Part shown: positions 20,302 to 31,474 of the stretch, piece after piece | Layout of the letters: every line of letters starts with the position of its first letter | How positions within the stretch are numbered: the first letter of the stretch is position 1 | NCBI GenBank assembly: GCA_963806955.1 | Contig: CAWDZG010000002.1 | Location: forward strand, 528,821 to 592,820 | Source: an uncultured Gaiellaceae bacterium | Lineage (GTDB): Bacteria; Actinomycetota; Thermoleophilia; Gaiellales; Gaiellaceae | Direction of reading: 5' to 3' | DNA length: 64,000 bases | The notes under the pieces: generated by a model | What the model was told of the DNA's origin: nothing | What the model saw: the letters and a program-made list of their open reading frames with translations, nothing else | The model's database searches: none | Position numbers and translations under genes: made by a program

Positions 20302-22989
20302 TCAGGCTCTGAGCTGCACGGTGCGGATCTCCCAGGGGCCGAGGTCGAGCCGCAGCTCGCCGCGCTCGAGCGCGATCTTCGCCCCGGGCTCGCCGAGCAA
20401 GTTGGCCTCGCGCGCCTCCCCGAAGCGGCCGCGGACGGCCGCGGTGCTCGCTTCCGGCTGCAGGCAGACGAGCCGCAGCTCCACCCACTCCTCCCGCCGC
20501 CGGAGCGCCGAGAGCACGACGCCGCGGCCCTCGACCTCGAGCCCGGCCTGCTCCGCGAGCGCGTCGCCGGTACCTGTGCCCGGCGCGGTCACGAACGGAT
20601 GCTGGTAGCGCTCGGCCCAACCCGCCACGTCGGCGTCCACCCACGAGCCCGCGTGCGGGAAGAGCGCGAAGCCGAAGCTCCACGCACCGCGGCACTGGCC
20701 GGCGGGCATCTCGATCTCGGGGCCGGCCGGGTCGTCGCGAAAGGGGTTGGCGGCGCGGCTGATCAGGCCGGTGGAGCGGAGCACGGTCAGCGCGAGCTCA
20801 CGTTCCTCGACCACCTCGTACTCGGTCACGTGGTCGAGCAGGACGGCCATCCCGCCCGCGTCCACGAACCCGCGCGCCGGGTAGGTCGCGAGCGGCACCT
20901 CACCCCAGCCGCCCTCGGGCACGGGTCCGCGCTCGACGACGCCGAGCTGGCCCTCGGCGAACGAGGACGGCGCGGCGACCGGCAGCGGGACATGGAAGCG
21001 GAGGCGGTGGTCGGCCGCGGGGTTGTCGAACGAGACCCGCACGCGCACGAACGGCTCGCCCTCTCGCAGCTCGAGCCGCGTCGTCACCGGAACGAGTGCG
21101 GTCTCGTCGGCGCGGCTGCCGTTCCCGGACGCCAGGCCGAGCGGCCAGCGGTAGGCGCGGACGACGGTCAGCTCGCCGCGCACGGGACCGGCGGCCGTCA
21201 AGGCGACCGAGACCGACTCGGGCTCGTCCACGAGCTCGTCCGCCGGCGGCGCCGCATAGTTGTACGAGTCGCCACCGTCGCCGCCGTCGACGAGCCGGCC
21301 GATACCGCGCACGTCGCCGAGCCTGAACGTGCCGTCCTCGTCGACCTCGAGCTCGACGAGGCCGTTCGAGAGCGACGCCGGCCCGGTCTGCACTGTGCCG
21401 GCCGCCGACCCGCGCACGGGCCTGACGGAGGTCCAGCCGAGCGGCGGCGCGGGCACGCGGGCAACGACCCGGGCGCGCGGCGAGGCGACAATCTCGATCC
21501 GCCACTCCTCGTCGGGCGCGGCGGCGGTGACGGCGGCGATCTCGTCGCCCAGCGCGACGACGTCGGCAGGCTCCGCTGCATCGGCCACCTCGAGCGTGAC
21601 CTGGCGGCCCGCCACGCTGACGCGGTTCAGCCAGAGGCCGAAGAGCTCACGGCCGTGCAGGCGGCGGGCGACCCAGGCGCCGATCTCCGACCCCGGAATC
21701 GTGTCGTGCGCGAGCAACGGCTCGCGCCGCGAGAGCTCCTGCACGGCGACGAGCCCGCCGTCCGGCAGCTCGAGCGCGAGCTCGTCCCAGTCGGCGGGAA
21801 CCGGCAGCTCGAGCTCGACGAGGTCGGCGCGTGACTCCGGCGAGGGATTGAGCACGGCGAACGCCCCCGCGGGGACGTGCTCAGCGACCGCCGTCGCGGC
21901 GCGGCGCGTCAGCTCGGTGGCGACCTGCTCGGCCTCGGCGTAGCGGACGAGCACCTGCGCCGAGACGGCGTCGACGGAGCAGCCGCAGATCGAGTCGTGC
22001 GCGGAGTTGTCGATCACGAGCCGCCAGGCGAGCTCGAGGAACGCGTCCACGTCTCCCTTCCCGTGCAGCGCCTGCAGCGGCTCGGCGTAGCGCTCCAGTC
22101 CGCGCTCGGCGCGCGCGCAGGCGGCCTTCAGGTCGATCCGAGCCGAGGTCACGCCCATGAGCAGGTTCGCCCGGGCCCCCGAGCGCATCTCGCCCTGCCA
22201 GTGCGGCCGCTCGCCGCGTCCGTTCGGGCGGTCGAGATAGGTGCCGAGCGTGGTGAGCTGGAGCCGCAGCTCCGTCTGGGCGGCGTTCACGCGCTCGATC
22301 TGGTCGGACAGATCCGGCACGGGCAGCTTGTGGTCGGTTCCCACCATCGCGAGCAGGTCGTCGTCGCCGAAGAAGGGGTCGAGCGTGGCCACGAGGTGCT
22401 CCAGCGCCGCCTCGACCCCGTCGCGCTCGTCGAAGACATACGCCGCGGCGCCGTAGCCGCCGACGAGGTACTCGGCCTCGACCTCCGAGCCGTCGGGCGC
22501 GCTCCACCGGAACGTATGCCGGTCGATCGCCGACGGGATCCCGCGCCAGACAACTGCCCGGTCGAGCCCGGCTCGGCGAAGCAGCTGCGGCATCTGGGCG
22601 ACGTGGCCGAACATGTCCGGGAGGTAGCCGATCCGCATCGCGCCGCCGAGCTCCTCCGCACGGCGCAGGCCGAGCTCGAGGTTCCGGACGATCGACTCGC
22701 CCGAGACGAGGAACTCGTCGACGAGGATCTGCCAGGGGCCGACGGCGAGCCGGCCGGACTCGACGAGAGCACGCAGCCGCGCCTCGTTCTCGGGGCGGAT
22801 CTCGAGGTAGTCGTCCACCGTCGCGAGCTGCCCGTCGAGCGTGAAGACGTAGCCCTCGTCCCGCTCCATCAGGTCGAGCAGCTGGTCGACGAGGTCGACG
22901 AGCGCCACCCGGAACCGCTGGAACGGGAAGTACCACTCCCGGTCCCAGTGCGTGTGCGGGACGACGTGGACGAGCCGCGGCTCGCTCAC
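20302..22989 (-). CDS. GH38 alpha-mannosidase
   Basis: 895 aa. The N-terminus VHVVPHTHWDREWYFPF...GYLPDMFGH is the GH38 metal/catalytic signature. Confidence 0.9.
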   Translation of the reverse strand: MSEPRLVHVVPHTHWDREWYFPFQRFRVALVDLVDQLLDLMERDEGYVFTLDGQLATVDDYLEIRPENEARLRALVESGRLAVGPWQILVDEFLVSGESIVRNLELGLRRAEELGGAMRIGYLPDMFGHVAQMPQLLRRAGLDRAVVWRGIPSAIDRHTFRWSAPDGSEVEAEYLVGGYGAAAYVFDERDGVEAALEHLVATLDPFFGDDDLLAMVGTDHKLPVPDLSDQIERVNAAQTELRLQLTTLGTYLDRPNGRGERPHWQGEMRSGARANLLMGVTSARIDLKAACARAERGLERYAEPLQALHGKGDVDAFLELAWRLVIDNSAHDSICGCSVDAVSAQVLVRYAEAEQVATELTRRAATAVAEHVPAGAFAVLNPSPESRADLVELELPVPADWDELALELPDGGLVAVQELSRREPLLAHDTIPGSEIGAWVARRLHGRELFGLWLNRVSVAGRQVTLEVADAAEPADVVALGDEIAAVTAAAPDEEWRIEIVASPRARVVARVPAPPLGWTSVRPVRGSAAGTVQTGPASLSNGLVELEVDEDGTFRLGDVRGIGRLVDGGDGGDSYNYAAPPADELVDEPESVSVALTAAGPVRGELTVVRAYRWPLGLASGNGSRADETALVPVTTRLELREGEPFVRVRVSFDNPAADHRLRFHVPLPVAAPSSFAEGQLGVVERGPVPEGGWGEVPLATYPARGFVDAGGMAVLLDHVTEYEVVEERELALTVLRSTGLISRAANPFRDDPAGPEIEMPAGQCRGAWSFGFALFPHAGSWVDADVAGWAERYQHPFVTAPGTGTGDALAEQAGLEVEGRGVVLSALRRREEWVELRLVCLQPEASTAAVRGRFGEAREANLLGEPGAKIALERGELRLDLGPWEIRTVQLRA

Positions 22990-23026
22990 GCCACCGCCTC
23001 ACCGGTCGCGGTCGGCACGTCGGGTC

Positions 23027-23482
23027 TCAGCCGAGCTCGACGCGATCGATCGTCACCGGCGTGCGCGGCATGTCGCGGCCGTCGCGGTCGACCATCGAGA
23101 TCTTGTCGGCGGTGTCCTGACCGCTCGTCACCTTGCCGAAGACGGTGTGCTTGCCGTCGAGCCAGGGCGCCGCCTCTGTCGTGACGATGAAGAACTGGCT
23201 GCCGTTCGTGTTCGGCCCGGCATTCGCCATCGCGAGGGCGCCGCGCTCGATCTTGTGCTCGTTGAACTCGTCCTCGAACTGATAGCCGGGCCCGCCGGTG
23301 CCGGTGCCCTGCGGACAGCCGGCCTGGATCATGAAGTCGGGGATGACCCGGTGGAAGATCAGGCCGTCGTAGAAGCCCTCGCCCGCGAGCTTGGTGAAGT
23401 TCTCGACGGTCTTCGGTGCCTCGTTCGGAAAGAGCTCGATCTCGATCGGGCCTTCGCTGGTGTGGAGAGTCGCCTGTGTCAT
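23027..23482 (-). CDS. cyclophilin-type peptidyl-prolyl cis-trans isomerase
   Basis: [15 protein letters not shown]...[19 protein letters not shown]...[11 protein letters not shown]. Confidence 0.9.
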   Translation of the reverse strand: MTQATLHTSEGPIEIELFPNEAPKTVENFTKLAGEGFYDGLIFHRVIPDFMIQAGCPQGTGTGGPGYQFEDEFNEHKIERGALAMANAGPNTNGSQFFIVTTEAAPWLDGKHTVFGKVTSGQDTADKISMVDRDGRDMPRTPVTIDRVELG

Positions 23483-24616
23483 GCGGTGACCGTAGCCGAC
23501 CCCACGAAGGCACGCGCCGCCTCCAGCCGCTCGGGCACGGTCGGGTGCGAGAAGAGCCAGACGTAGGCGAGCCGCGGCGGCTCGGGGTCGGGAAGGTTCG
23601 CGTCGGAGAGACGGCCGAACGCCGACTCGAACGCGCCGAGATCGCCGGTCAGCCCGACGGCGAAGCGGTCGCAGGCGTACTCCCAGCGGCGTGACAGGGC
23701 CGCCTGCAACGGAGCCGCGACGAGGCCGAGCAGCGAGCCGACCAGCAGCACGAACGCGGCAACCTGCGCATCTGCCGCCCCGGTCGCGCCGATCGCGTCG
23801 AGCACGCCGTCGCCTGAGAGCAGCGCCCAGAGCACGAGCACGAGCGTTGCGCTGGCAGCCATCCCGAGCGCGGTGCCGAGCGCGACGTGCCGGAAGCGCC
23901 GGTGACCGAGCTCGTGCGCGACGACCGTGAGGATCTCGGGCGGCGTCGCCTGCTCGGCCAGCGTGTCGTAGAGGACGACGCGCCGCGTCGCGCCGAGGCC
24001 GGAGACGTAGGCGTTCAACTTCGTCGTCCGCCGGCTCGCGTCGGTGACGAGCACCTCGCGCACCGGGACGCCGGCCTCGGTCGAGAGCCGCAGCACGGCG
24101 TCGCGCAACGTCGCGTCGGCGAGCGGCTCGAAGCGGTTGAAGACCGGCTCGAGCACGACCGGCGCGACGAAGCCGAGCAGGAGCACGAGCAGCGCCGCCC
24201 CCACCGCAGCCACCACGGGCCAGGCCGACGGAAACACCTGCGCCGCCCCGACGAGCCCGGCGAGGCGCCGCGCCGGTGAGCAGGCCGCCGATCGCGCCCG
24301 CCTTCACGCGGTCGAGTGCGAAGGCACCTCCGCTCTGGCGCGAGAAGCCGAACGCGCGCTCGTGCAGGAGCCCGAGCCAGACGGTGAGCGGCAGGCGGAC
24401 GAGCGCGGAGAGGATGACGAGCCCGATCCCCAGCAGGAATGCACCGAGCGCCTCGGGCAGGGACTCGACGACGCCGAGCAGATCCTGCCCGGGCCCCCAG
24501 AAGGCGAGCGCGGCGAGCAGCACGGTGCCGAGCACGACGTCGGCGAGGATGACGAGGTAGCGCGGATCGTGATAGCGGCGCGCCAAGTCGTCGCCGCTCG
24601 TTGCCGGTTCGCGCAC
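23479..24616 (-). pseudogene. M48 (Ste24/HtpX-like) zinc metallopeptidase, one frameshift near 24270
   Basis: HELGH zinc motif ([13 protein letters not shown]) and PLFN-like [12 protein letters not shown]. The N-terminal TM part is in the 24616 frame and the remainder in the 23479..24237 frame. An ATGA overlap joins it to the PPIase gene. Confidence 0.7.
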
Positions 24617-24673
24617 CCGCCCGTTCTACCACGGTTCCCGCAAGGCCGGTGCGCGCGATAGCGTCCGTCGGCG

Positions 24674-25408
24674 ATGCGGAACATGCTCGTCACCGGCGCG
24701 GCCAGCGGGATCGGCCGCGCGATCGCGGAGCGCCTCGAACGCGACGGGCACCGCGTCCTCGCGGTCGACCAGCACCCGGATCCGGACGGGCCGGGTGAGC
24801 CGTTCGCCGCCGACCTCGCCACGCGGGACGGCAACCGAGCCGCAGTCGAGGCCGCGCTCGACCGCTTCGGCGCGCTCGACGCGGTCGTCGCCAACGCCGG
24901 CTTCCAGCACGTCGCCCCGATCGACGAGTTCCCCGAGGAGCGCTGGGACGCACTGCTCGCGGTGCTGCTGACGAGCCCGTTCCTGCTCGCGCGCTACGCG
25001 TGGGAGGAGCTCGGAGCGTCGGGAGACGGGCGCTTCCTCGCCGTCGCCTCCGTGCACGGCCTCGTCGGCTCGCCGCACAAGGCCGGCTACGTGGCGGCGA
25101 AGCACGGCGTGCTCGGGCTGGTGAAGGTGCTCGCGCTCGAGGGCGCCGAGCGCGGGATCTCCGTCTCCGCGCTCTGCCCCGGCTACGTCCGGACACCGAT
25201 CGTGGAGTCTCAGATCGCGGCGCAGGCCGAGGCGACGGGCGTCTCTCCCGAGCGCGTGGTCGACGAGGTCCTGCTGGCACCGCAGGCCGTGAAGCGGATG
25301 CTGGAGCCGGAGGAAGTGGCCGAGACGGCTGCGTTCCTGCTCGGGCCCGGCGGCCGCGCCTTCACGGGCGCTCCGGTCGTGATGGACCTCGGCTGGACGG
25401 CGAGATAG
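24674..25408 (+). CDS. SDR oxidoreductase, 3-hydroxybutyrate dehydrogenase-like
   Basis: TGAASGIGRAIA, NAGFQHVAPI and YVAAKHG catalytic motifs. Confidence 0.8.
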   Translation: MRNMLVTGAASGIGRAIAERLERDGHRVLAVDQHPDPDGPGEPFAADLATRDGNRAAVEAALDRFGALDAVVANAGFQHVAPIDEFPEERWDALLAVLLTSPFLLARYAWEELGASGDGRFLAVASVHGLVGSPHKAGYVAAKHGVLGLVKVLALEGAERGISVSALCPGYVRTPIVESQIAAQAEATGVSPERVVDEVLLAPQAVKRMLEPEEVAETAAFLLGPGGRAFTGAPVVMDLGWTAR

Positions 25409-25428
25409 TTGCTCTGAGCAACTATCTC
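25402..25428. terminator. perfect 13-bp-arm palindrome spanning both stop codons of convergent genes (candidate bidirectional terminator)
   Basis: GAGATAGTTGCTC-T-GAGCAACTATCTC. The TAG of the SDR gene (25406-25408) and the TAG of lysR (complement of 25422-25424) lie inside the two arms. Confidence 0.5.
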
Positions 25429-26315
25429 TCGAGCTCGTCCCGCGACACGGCCGCCAGCAGGCCCTCGACGAGGTCCTCCGGCACGACGGCGTCGCGGCGC
25501 CGGAGAGCGACGATCGGCCGCCGCACCGGCTCGTAACCGTCGATCGTGATCTCCCGCAGCGACCCGGCCGCGAGCTCCCCGCGCACGGCCGTGTACGGCA
25601 GGAACGCGATGCCGAGCCCGTGCTCGACCATCTTCTTCGTCGCGTCGACGTTGTCGAGCTCCATCACGCCGCGAGGGACCACCCCCGCCTCCCGGAAGAA
25701 CGCGCTCGTGAGCACGAAGTAGCTGGACGTACGGTCGAAGAGGATCAGCCGCTCGCCGCCGAGCTCGTGCACGACGATCGAGCGCTCGCCGGCAAAGCGG
25801 TGCTGAGGGTGCACGACGAGCACGATCTCGTCCTCGTACAGCGGCGTGCTCGTCACCGCCGGGTGCGGCAGGTCGCGCACGAGCCCGATCTGCACCTGCT
25901 CGCGGAGGACGAGCTCGAGCACGTCCTCCGAGTGCCCGGTCCGGACGATCAGGTGCACGTTGGGGAAGGTCGTCTGGAAGCGCCGCAGCACGAGCGGCAG
26001 GACGTAGGTCGAGATCGCGGGCGCGGCGCCGACGATCAGCTCGCCGACGCGGCCCTCGCGCCGCTCGCGCAGCAGCTCGCGCCCGGCCGAGAGCGACTGC
26101 ACGGCGCGCTGCGCGTGCGGGCGGAAGGCGCGGCCCTCGGCCGTGAGCCGCATCCCGCGCCCCGTGCGCACGAACAGCTCGACTCCGAGCTCGCGCTCGA
26201 GCTTCTTGATCCGGGTCGTCAGCGCCGGCTGGGTCACGTAGAGCACCTCGGCGGCGGCCGAGACCGAGCGCCGTTCGGCGATCGTCAGGAACGCCTCGAC
26301 CTGGGAGAGCAGCAC
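25422..26315 (-). CDS. LysR family transcriptional regulator
   Basis: N-terminal HTH LLSQVEAFLTIAERRSVSAAAEVLYVTQPALTTRIKKLERELG plus a LysR substrate-binding domain. Divergent from isocitrate lyase. Confidence 0.9.
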   Translation of the reverse strand: MLLSQVEAFLTIAERRSVSAAAEVLYVTQPALTTRIKKLERELGVELFVRTGRGMRLTAEGRAFRPHAQRAVQSLSAGRELLRERREGRVGELIVGAAPAISTYVLPLVLRRFQTTFPNVHLIVRTGHSEDVLELVLREQVQIGLVRDLPHPAVTSTPLYEDEIVLVVHPQHRFAGERSIVVHELGGERLILFDRTSSYFVLTSAFFREAGVVPRGVMELDNVDATKKMVEHGLGIAFLPYTAVRGELAAGSLREITIDGYEPVRRPIVALRRRDAVVPEDLVEGLLAAVSRDELER

Positions 26316-26323
26316 GGCGACAT

Positions 26324-26338
26324 ATTAACGCTGTTTAT
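26324..26338. promoter_or_regulatory. candidate LysR box (T-N11-A, imperfect dyad ATTAAC-N3-GTTTAT)
   Basis: AT-rich dyad in the 52-bp divergent lysR/aceA intergenic region. It fits the generic LysR T-N11-A architecture. Confidence 0.35.
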
Positions 26339-26427
26339 CGGACGGATCCAAACGTTCGATTTGTCGAATGGCCGACAAGTGGGAACAGTGCTGGTACGGC
26401 TTGCTCACCCGACCGGAAGGGACTCAC

Positions 26428-27741
<1,314 letters not shown>

Positions 27742-27756
27742 CGCTTGTCCGCCGCG

Positions 27757-27789
27757 GACGTGTCCCAGGGTCTGTCCCTGGGACACGTC
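27757..27789 (+). terminator. hairpin terminator after aceA
   Basis: Perfect 14-bp stem GACGTGTCCCAGGG / CCCTGGGACACGTC with a 5-nt loop, followed by TAATT. Confidence 0.55.
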
Positions 27790-27819
27790 TAATTCGCCTC
27801 TGTCATCATCGACCGCTCG

Positions 27820-28203
27820 ATGCCAGAGGCGAAACCGATCCGCGTGCTCGTGGTCGACGACCACCAGCTCTTCACGCACGCGCTGACGACCGTCCTCGAG
27901 CAGGACGGCCGCTTCGAGGTCGTCGGCACCGCCGCGACGGGCCGGGAGGCCGTGCGGCTGGCCCGCAGCGCCGAGGCGGACATCGTCCTGATGGACATGT
28001 CCATGCCCGTCCTCGACGGCCCGGCCGCAACCCGCCGGCTCGTCGCGCTCGAGCACGCGCCGAAGGTGATCGCGCTCAGCGGCCACACGGACGGGCTCTC
28101 GCGCGCCGCCGCCATCGAGGCCGGGGCGTCCGCGTTCGTGGCCAAGTCCGAGGCGTTCGACGAGCTCGTCAAGACGATCCTGGCGACCGTGCGTAACGCG
28201 TAG
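27820..28203 (+). CDS. stand-alone response-regulator receiver domain protein
   Basis: 127 aa. VLVVDDH...DIVLMDMSMPVLDG...VIALSGH...KS is the CheY-like phospho-acceptor pattern. There is no output domain. Confidence 0.8.
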   Translation: MPEAKPIRVLVVDDHQLFTHALTTVLEQDGRFEVVGTAATGREAVRLARSAEADIVLMDMSMPVLDGPAATRRLVALEHAPKVIALSGHTDGLSRAAAIEAGASAFVAKSEAFDELVKTILATVRNA

Positions 28204-28223
28204 CGGCTCCCAGGGAACCGAAA

Positions 28224-28257
28224 GTCGGAGGTGACCGTGACCTGGCTCACCTCCGAC
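28224..28257 (+). terminator. hairpin after receiver gene
   Basis: 11-bp perfect stem GTCGGAGGTGA / TCACCTCCGAC with a 12-nt loop, 20 nt after the stop codon. Confidence 0.4.
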
Positions 28258-28403
28258 TCGGAAGACGGCTCTACGTGGAAAGCTGCGGCACGATCCACGG
28301 AACGCGTACTGAGACCCTTATCGGCAGTAGGACCCATCGCTTGAGCGAATAGGACCGGCGGGCATCCCTCGATCGAGTGATCCGCGCGTCCGGCGACGTG
28401 GGA

Positions 28404-28476
28404 TGGGCGGTGACGGGATCGAACCGCCGACCCCCTGCGTGTAAAGCAGGTGCTCTACCAGCTGAGCTAACCGCCC
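28404..28476 (-). tRNA. tRNA-Val (anticodon TAC)
   Basis: Reverse complement GGGCGGTTAGCTCAGCTGGTAGAGCACCTGCTTTACACGCAGGGGGTCGGCGGTTCGATCCCGTCACCGCCCA folds as a cloverleaf with a 7-bp acceptor, GTTCGATC T-loop and anticodon loop TT-TAC-AC. Confidence 0.9.
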
Positions 28477-28569
28477 TCCCGCAGCATGCCAGCACCGATG
28501 AGTTTCCGCGCCCGCCCGGATTGAACCTCTGACGGCGCCCGACGGGGGCGCCCCGGAAAGGAGCGAGAC

Positions 28570-28971
28570 ATGAGCGACGTCACCGTCGCCACGATCGAGG
28601 AGATGGAGCCGGTGGGGGCCGAGGGGTTCGTGCGCCGAGCGCGTGCCACGCTCGGCGTCACCGCGTGGGGCATGCAGGTGCTGACGCTGCCGGCCGAGTG
28701 GGACGGCTATCCGGAGCACAACCACGCCGATGCGTCCGAGCCGGAGCAGGAGGAGGTCTACGTCACGCTCTCCGGGTCGGCGACGCTGATCGCGGGCGAC
28801 GACGAGTTCGCGCTCGAGCCCGGGACGATGGCGCGGGTCGGGCCGGAGCAGCTCCGGCGGATCCTGCCCGGCCCCGCGGGCGTGCGCCTGCTCGCGCTCG
28901 GCGGCACGCCGGGCTCGTTCGCGCCCAGCGAGTGGACCGAGCTCGGCGCGGCCGTGCCGACGACGGCGTAG
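28570..28971 (+). CDS. cupin domain protein
   Basis: 133 aa. The pattern HNHAD...EEVYVTLSGSATL...G...ARVGP is a cupin-like two-motif arrangement. GGAAAGGAG RBS upstream. Confidence 0.65.
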   Translation: MSDVTVATIEEMEPVGAEGFVRRARATLGVTAWGMQVLTLPAEWDGYPEHNHADASEPEQEEVYVTLSGSATLIAGDDEFALEPGTMARVGPEQLRRILPGPAGVRLLALGGTPGSFAPSEWTELGAAVPTTA

Positions 28972-28980
28972 CCTGATCCG

Positions 28981-29967
28981 GTGAGTGAGAACGGCGAGCT
29001 CGGCGCGTTACTCGCCTCCGCGCGGGCCGGCGACGAGCAGGCGTTCGTGGCGGTGACGGGCCCGCACCGGCGGGCCCTTCACCTCCACTGCTACCGCCTG
29101 CTCGGTTCCTTCCACGATGCCGACGACGCGTTGCAGGAGACGCTGCTGCGCGCCTGGCGCGGGCTCGCCGGCTACGAGAACCAGGCATCTGTGAGCGCGT
29201 GGCTCTACCGGATCGCAACGAACGTCTGTCTGCGCGCGCTCGAGCGCCGCGGCCGGGACAGCGGCGCACGCGTGGACGAGCGCCTCCAGCCCTACCCCGA
29301 TCGCCTGCTCGACGACCTGCCCTCACCGGAGGCCGGGCCCGAGGCGGCGGTCGAGGCGCGCGAGAGCGTCGGCCTCGCGTTCATCGCGGCGATGCAGCTG
29401 CTGCCGCCGAAGCAACGTGCGGTGCTGCTGCTGCGCGACGTGCTCGGGTGGTCGGCCCGGGAGGCGGCGAGCGCCCTCGACGACACCGTTGCAGCAGTGA
29501 ACAGCGCCCTTCAGCGGGGGCGAGAGCGCCTGCAGCGAGAGCGCGAGGCAGGCACGCTCGCACGACGTCATGCGCCGGAGAGCGCGGCCACGGAGGCGGC
29601 GCTCGTCCGCCGTTGGATCGACGTCTGGGAGGCGGTCGACGTCGACGGCATGCTCGCTCTGCTGCGAACCGACGCGCTGATGACGATGCCGCCCGACCCG
29701 CGGCGCTACGAAGGGCGAGAGGCGATCGTCGAGTTCCTCGCGACCGTGCTGCTGGGCGACCGCCACGACCGGTTCACCCTCGTTGAGGGCGTCGCGAACC
29801 GCCAGCCCCTCGTGGCGCTGTACACCGACGACGGCTCGGGTGCCGCGCGCATCTGGGCTCTGCTCGTGCTCGCAGTCGACGGCGATGCGATCTCCGGGAT
29901 CACGGGCTTCCACGACCAGCCGGAGCTCTTCGCAGAATTCGAGCCGGCGACACGCCTCGAGCAGTGA
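28981..29967 (+). CDS. ECF sigma factor with fused SnoaL-like C-terminal domain (SigG/ECF41-56-like)
   Basis: Region 2 (DADDALQETLLRAW...WLYRIATNVCL) and region 4 (LPPKQRAVLLLRDVLGWSAREAASAL), followed by an extension of about 130 aa (RRWIDVWEAVDVDGMLALL...). Confidence 0.85.
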   Translation: MSENGELGALLASARAGDEQAFVAVTGPHRRALHLHCYRLLGSFHDADDALQETLLRAWRGLAGYENQASVSAWLYRIATNVCLRALERRGRDSGARVDERLQPYPDRLLDDLPSPEAGPEAAVEARESVGLAFIAAMQLLPPKQRAVLLLRDVLGWSAREAASALDDTVAAVNSALQRGRERLQREREAGTLARRHAPESAATEAALVRRWIDVWEAVDVDGMLALLRTDALMTMPPDPRRYEGREAIVEFLATVLLGDRHDRFTLVEGVANRQPLVALYTDDGSGAARIWALLVLAVDGDAISGITGFHDQPELFAEFEPATRLEQ

Positions 29968-30040
29968 TGCCCCCAACGGGATTCGAACCCGTGCAGCCAC
30001 CTTGAAAGGGTGGTGACCTAGGCCGCTAGTCGATGGGGGC
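29968..30040 (-). tRNA. tRNA-Glu (anticodon TTC)
   Basis: Reverse complement GCCCCCATCGACTAGCGGCCTAGGTCACCACCCTTTCAAGGTGGCTGCACGGGTTCGAATCCCGTTGGGGGCA. Cloverleaf with anticodon loop CT-TTC-AA. Confidence 0.9.
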
Positions 30041-30065
30041 GGCCGAGGCAGGATAGCCTCGCCAC

Positions 30066-31474
30066 ATGAAGGCGCGCTCGCTGCGACCCCCGCTCGCGTC
30101 GCCCTCGTCGTGGTGGCTCGAGGAAGCGCGTGCGCATCGCGACGACCGCGTCTCGCCCGCGCTCGCAGGCTCCCTCGACGCCGACGTCGCGATCGTCGGC
30201 GGCGGCTACACCGGGCTCTGGACTGCGCTCGCGCTGCGCGAGCGCGACCCGTCGCTGCGGATCGCGGTACTGGAGGCGCGCGAGCTTGGCGAGGGTCCGA
30301 GCGGGCGCAACGGCGGCTTCCTGCACGGCTACTGGTCGTCGCTGCCGACGCTCCGCGCCGTCCTCGGCGACGAGGGAGCGCTGCGGGTCGCGCACGCCTC
30401 CGACGCGGTGATCCCGGCGGTACGCGCGCGCTCAGCGAGGACGTGTGGCTGCGCGAGGCTGGGATGCTGAAGGTCGCGGCGACGCACGCTGAGGACGAGT
30501 CCGTCGCGCGCGCGGTCGCCGTCGGCGCGCGAGCTCGGCGTCGCCGGAGGAGGCGGTGCGCGCTCGCGCCCGACGAGGTGGCGGCGCGGATCGCATCGCC
30601 GCGCTTCCGCGGCGGCGTCCTCTACCGCGACGGGGCGACGGTACAACCGGCTCGGCTCGCCCTCGCACTGAAGCGAGCGGCGCTCGCGGCCGGGATCGAG
30701 ATCTTCGAGCGGACGCCCGTCACGAAGGTCGGCCCTGGCCGGCTCGAGACCCCGGAGGGGGTCGTCCACGCGCCCGAGCTCGTGCTCGCGCTCAACGCCT
30801 GGGGCACCGGCTGGCCGCTCGGCGGCCGCCAGACGACATTCGCGAGCGCCGTCGTCCTGACGGAGCCGGTGCCGGAGCTGCTCGCCGAGATCGGCTGGAC
30901 CGGAGGCGAGGCGGTTGTGGACGGGCGCATGTTCCTCCACTACTTCCGCACGACGCCGGACGGCCGCGTGCTGATGGGGAGCGGCTCCGGCCGGCTCGAA
31001 CCGGGCGGCCGCGTGGGGCCAGGCGTGCTCGACGACGTGCCGGCCCAGGCGCGGGCGCACGAAGGGCTCCGCACGCTGCTGCCCGCTCTTTCCGACGTCC
31101 GGATCGATGCACGCTGGAGCGGGCCGATCGACGTCTCCGCCGACCGGCTCCCCCGCTTCGACACCGTCCCCGGCACACGGATCCACTACGGCGCCGGCTA
31201 CTCGGGCAACGGCGTCGGCCCGAGCTGGCTCGGCGGCCAGATCCTCGCCTCGCTCGCGCTCGGGCTGGAGGACGAGTGGACCGCGCTGCCGCTCGTCGGG
31301 CCGCGGAAAGGGCGGCTGCCGCCCGAGCCTCTCCGCTACGCCGGCGGCAGGGTCGTCCGCTGGGGCACGCTCGCGACCGAGCAGGCCGTCGCGGCCGGCA
31401 AGCGCCCGTCGCCGGTTGCCCGGGCAGCCGCGGCGATCCCACGGCTGCTGCGCCTGCCGATCGGCACGCGCTGA
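30066..31474 (+). pseudogene. FAD-dependent oxidoreductase (DAO family), frameshift near 30420 and probably more near 30520-30560
   Basis: DVAIVGGGYTGLWTAL dinucleotide motif in frame 30066.. . The rest (EDVWLREAGMLKVA...GAGYSGNGVGPSWLGG) is in frame 30110..31474. A short Arg-run near 30530 looks like locally scrambled frame. Confidence 0.6.

Noticed and set aside
28258-28403. A lower-G+C stretch downstream of tRNA-Val, considered as a possible att site or integrated-element edge. I also looked for integrases next to all three tRNAs.
   Set aside because: There is no integrase, no repeat of the tRNA 3-prime ends and no recognisable mobile gene next to tRNA-Val or tRNA-Glu. Only the tRNA-Lys/argF junction shows a concrete scar.
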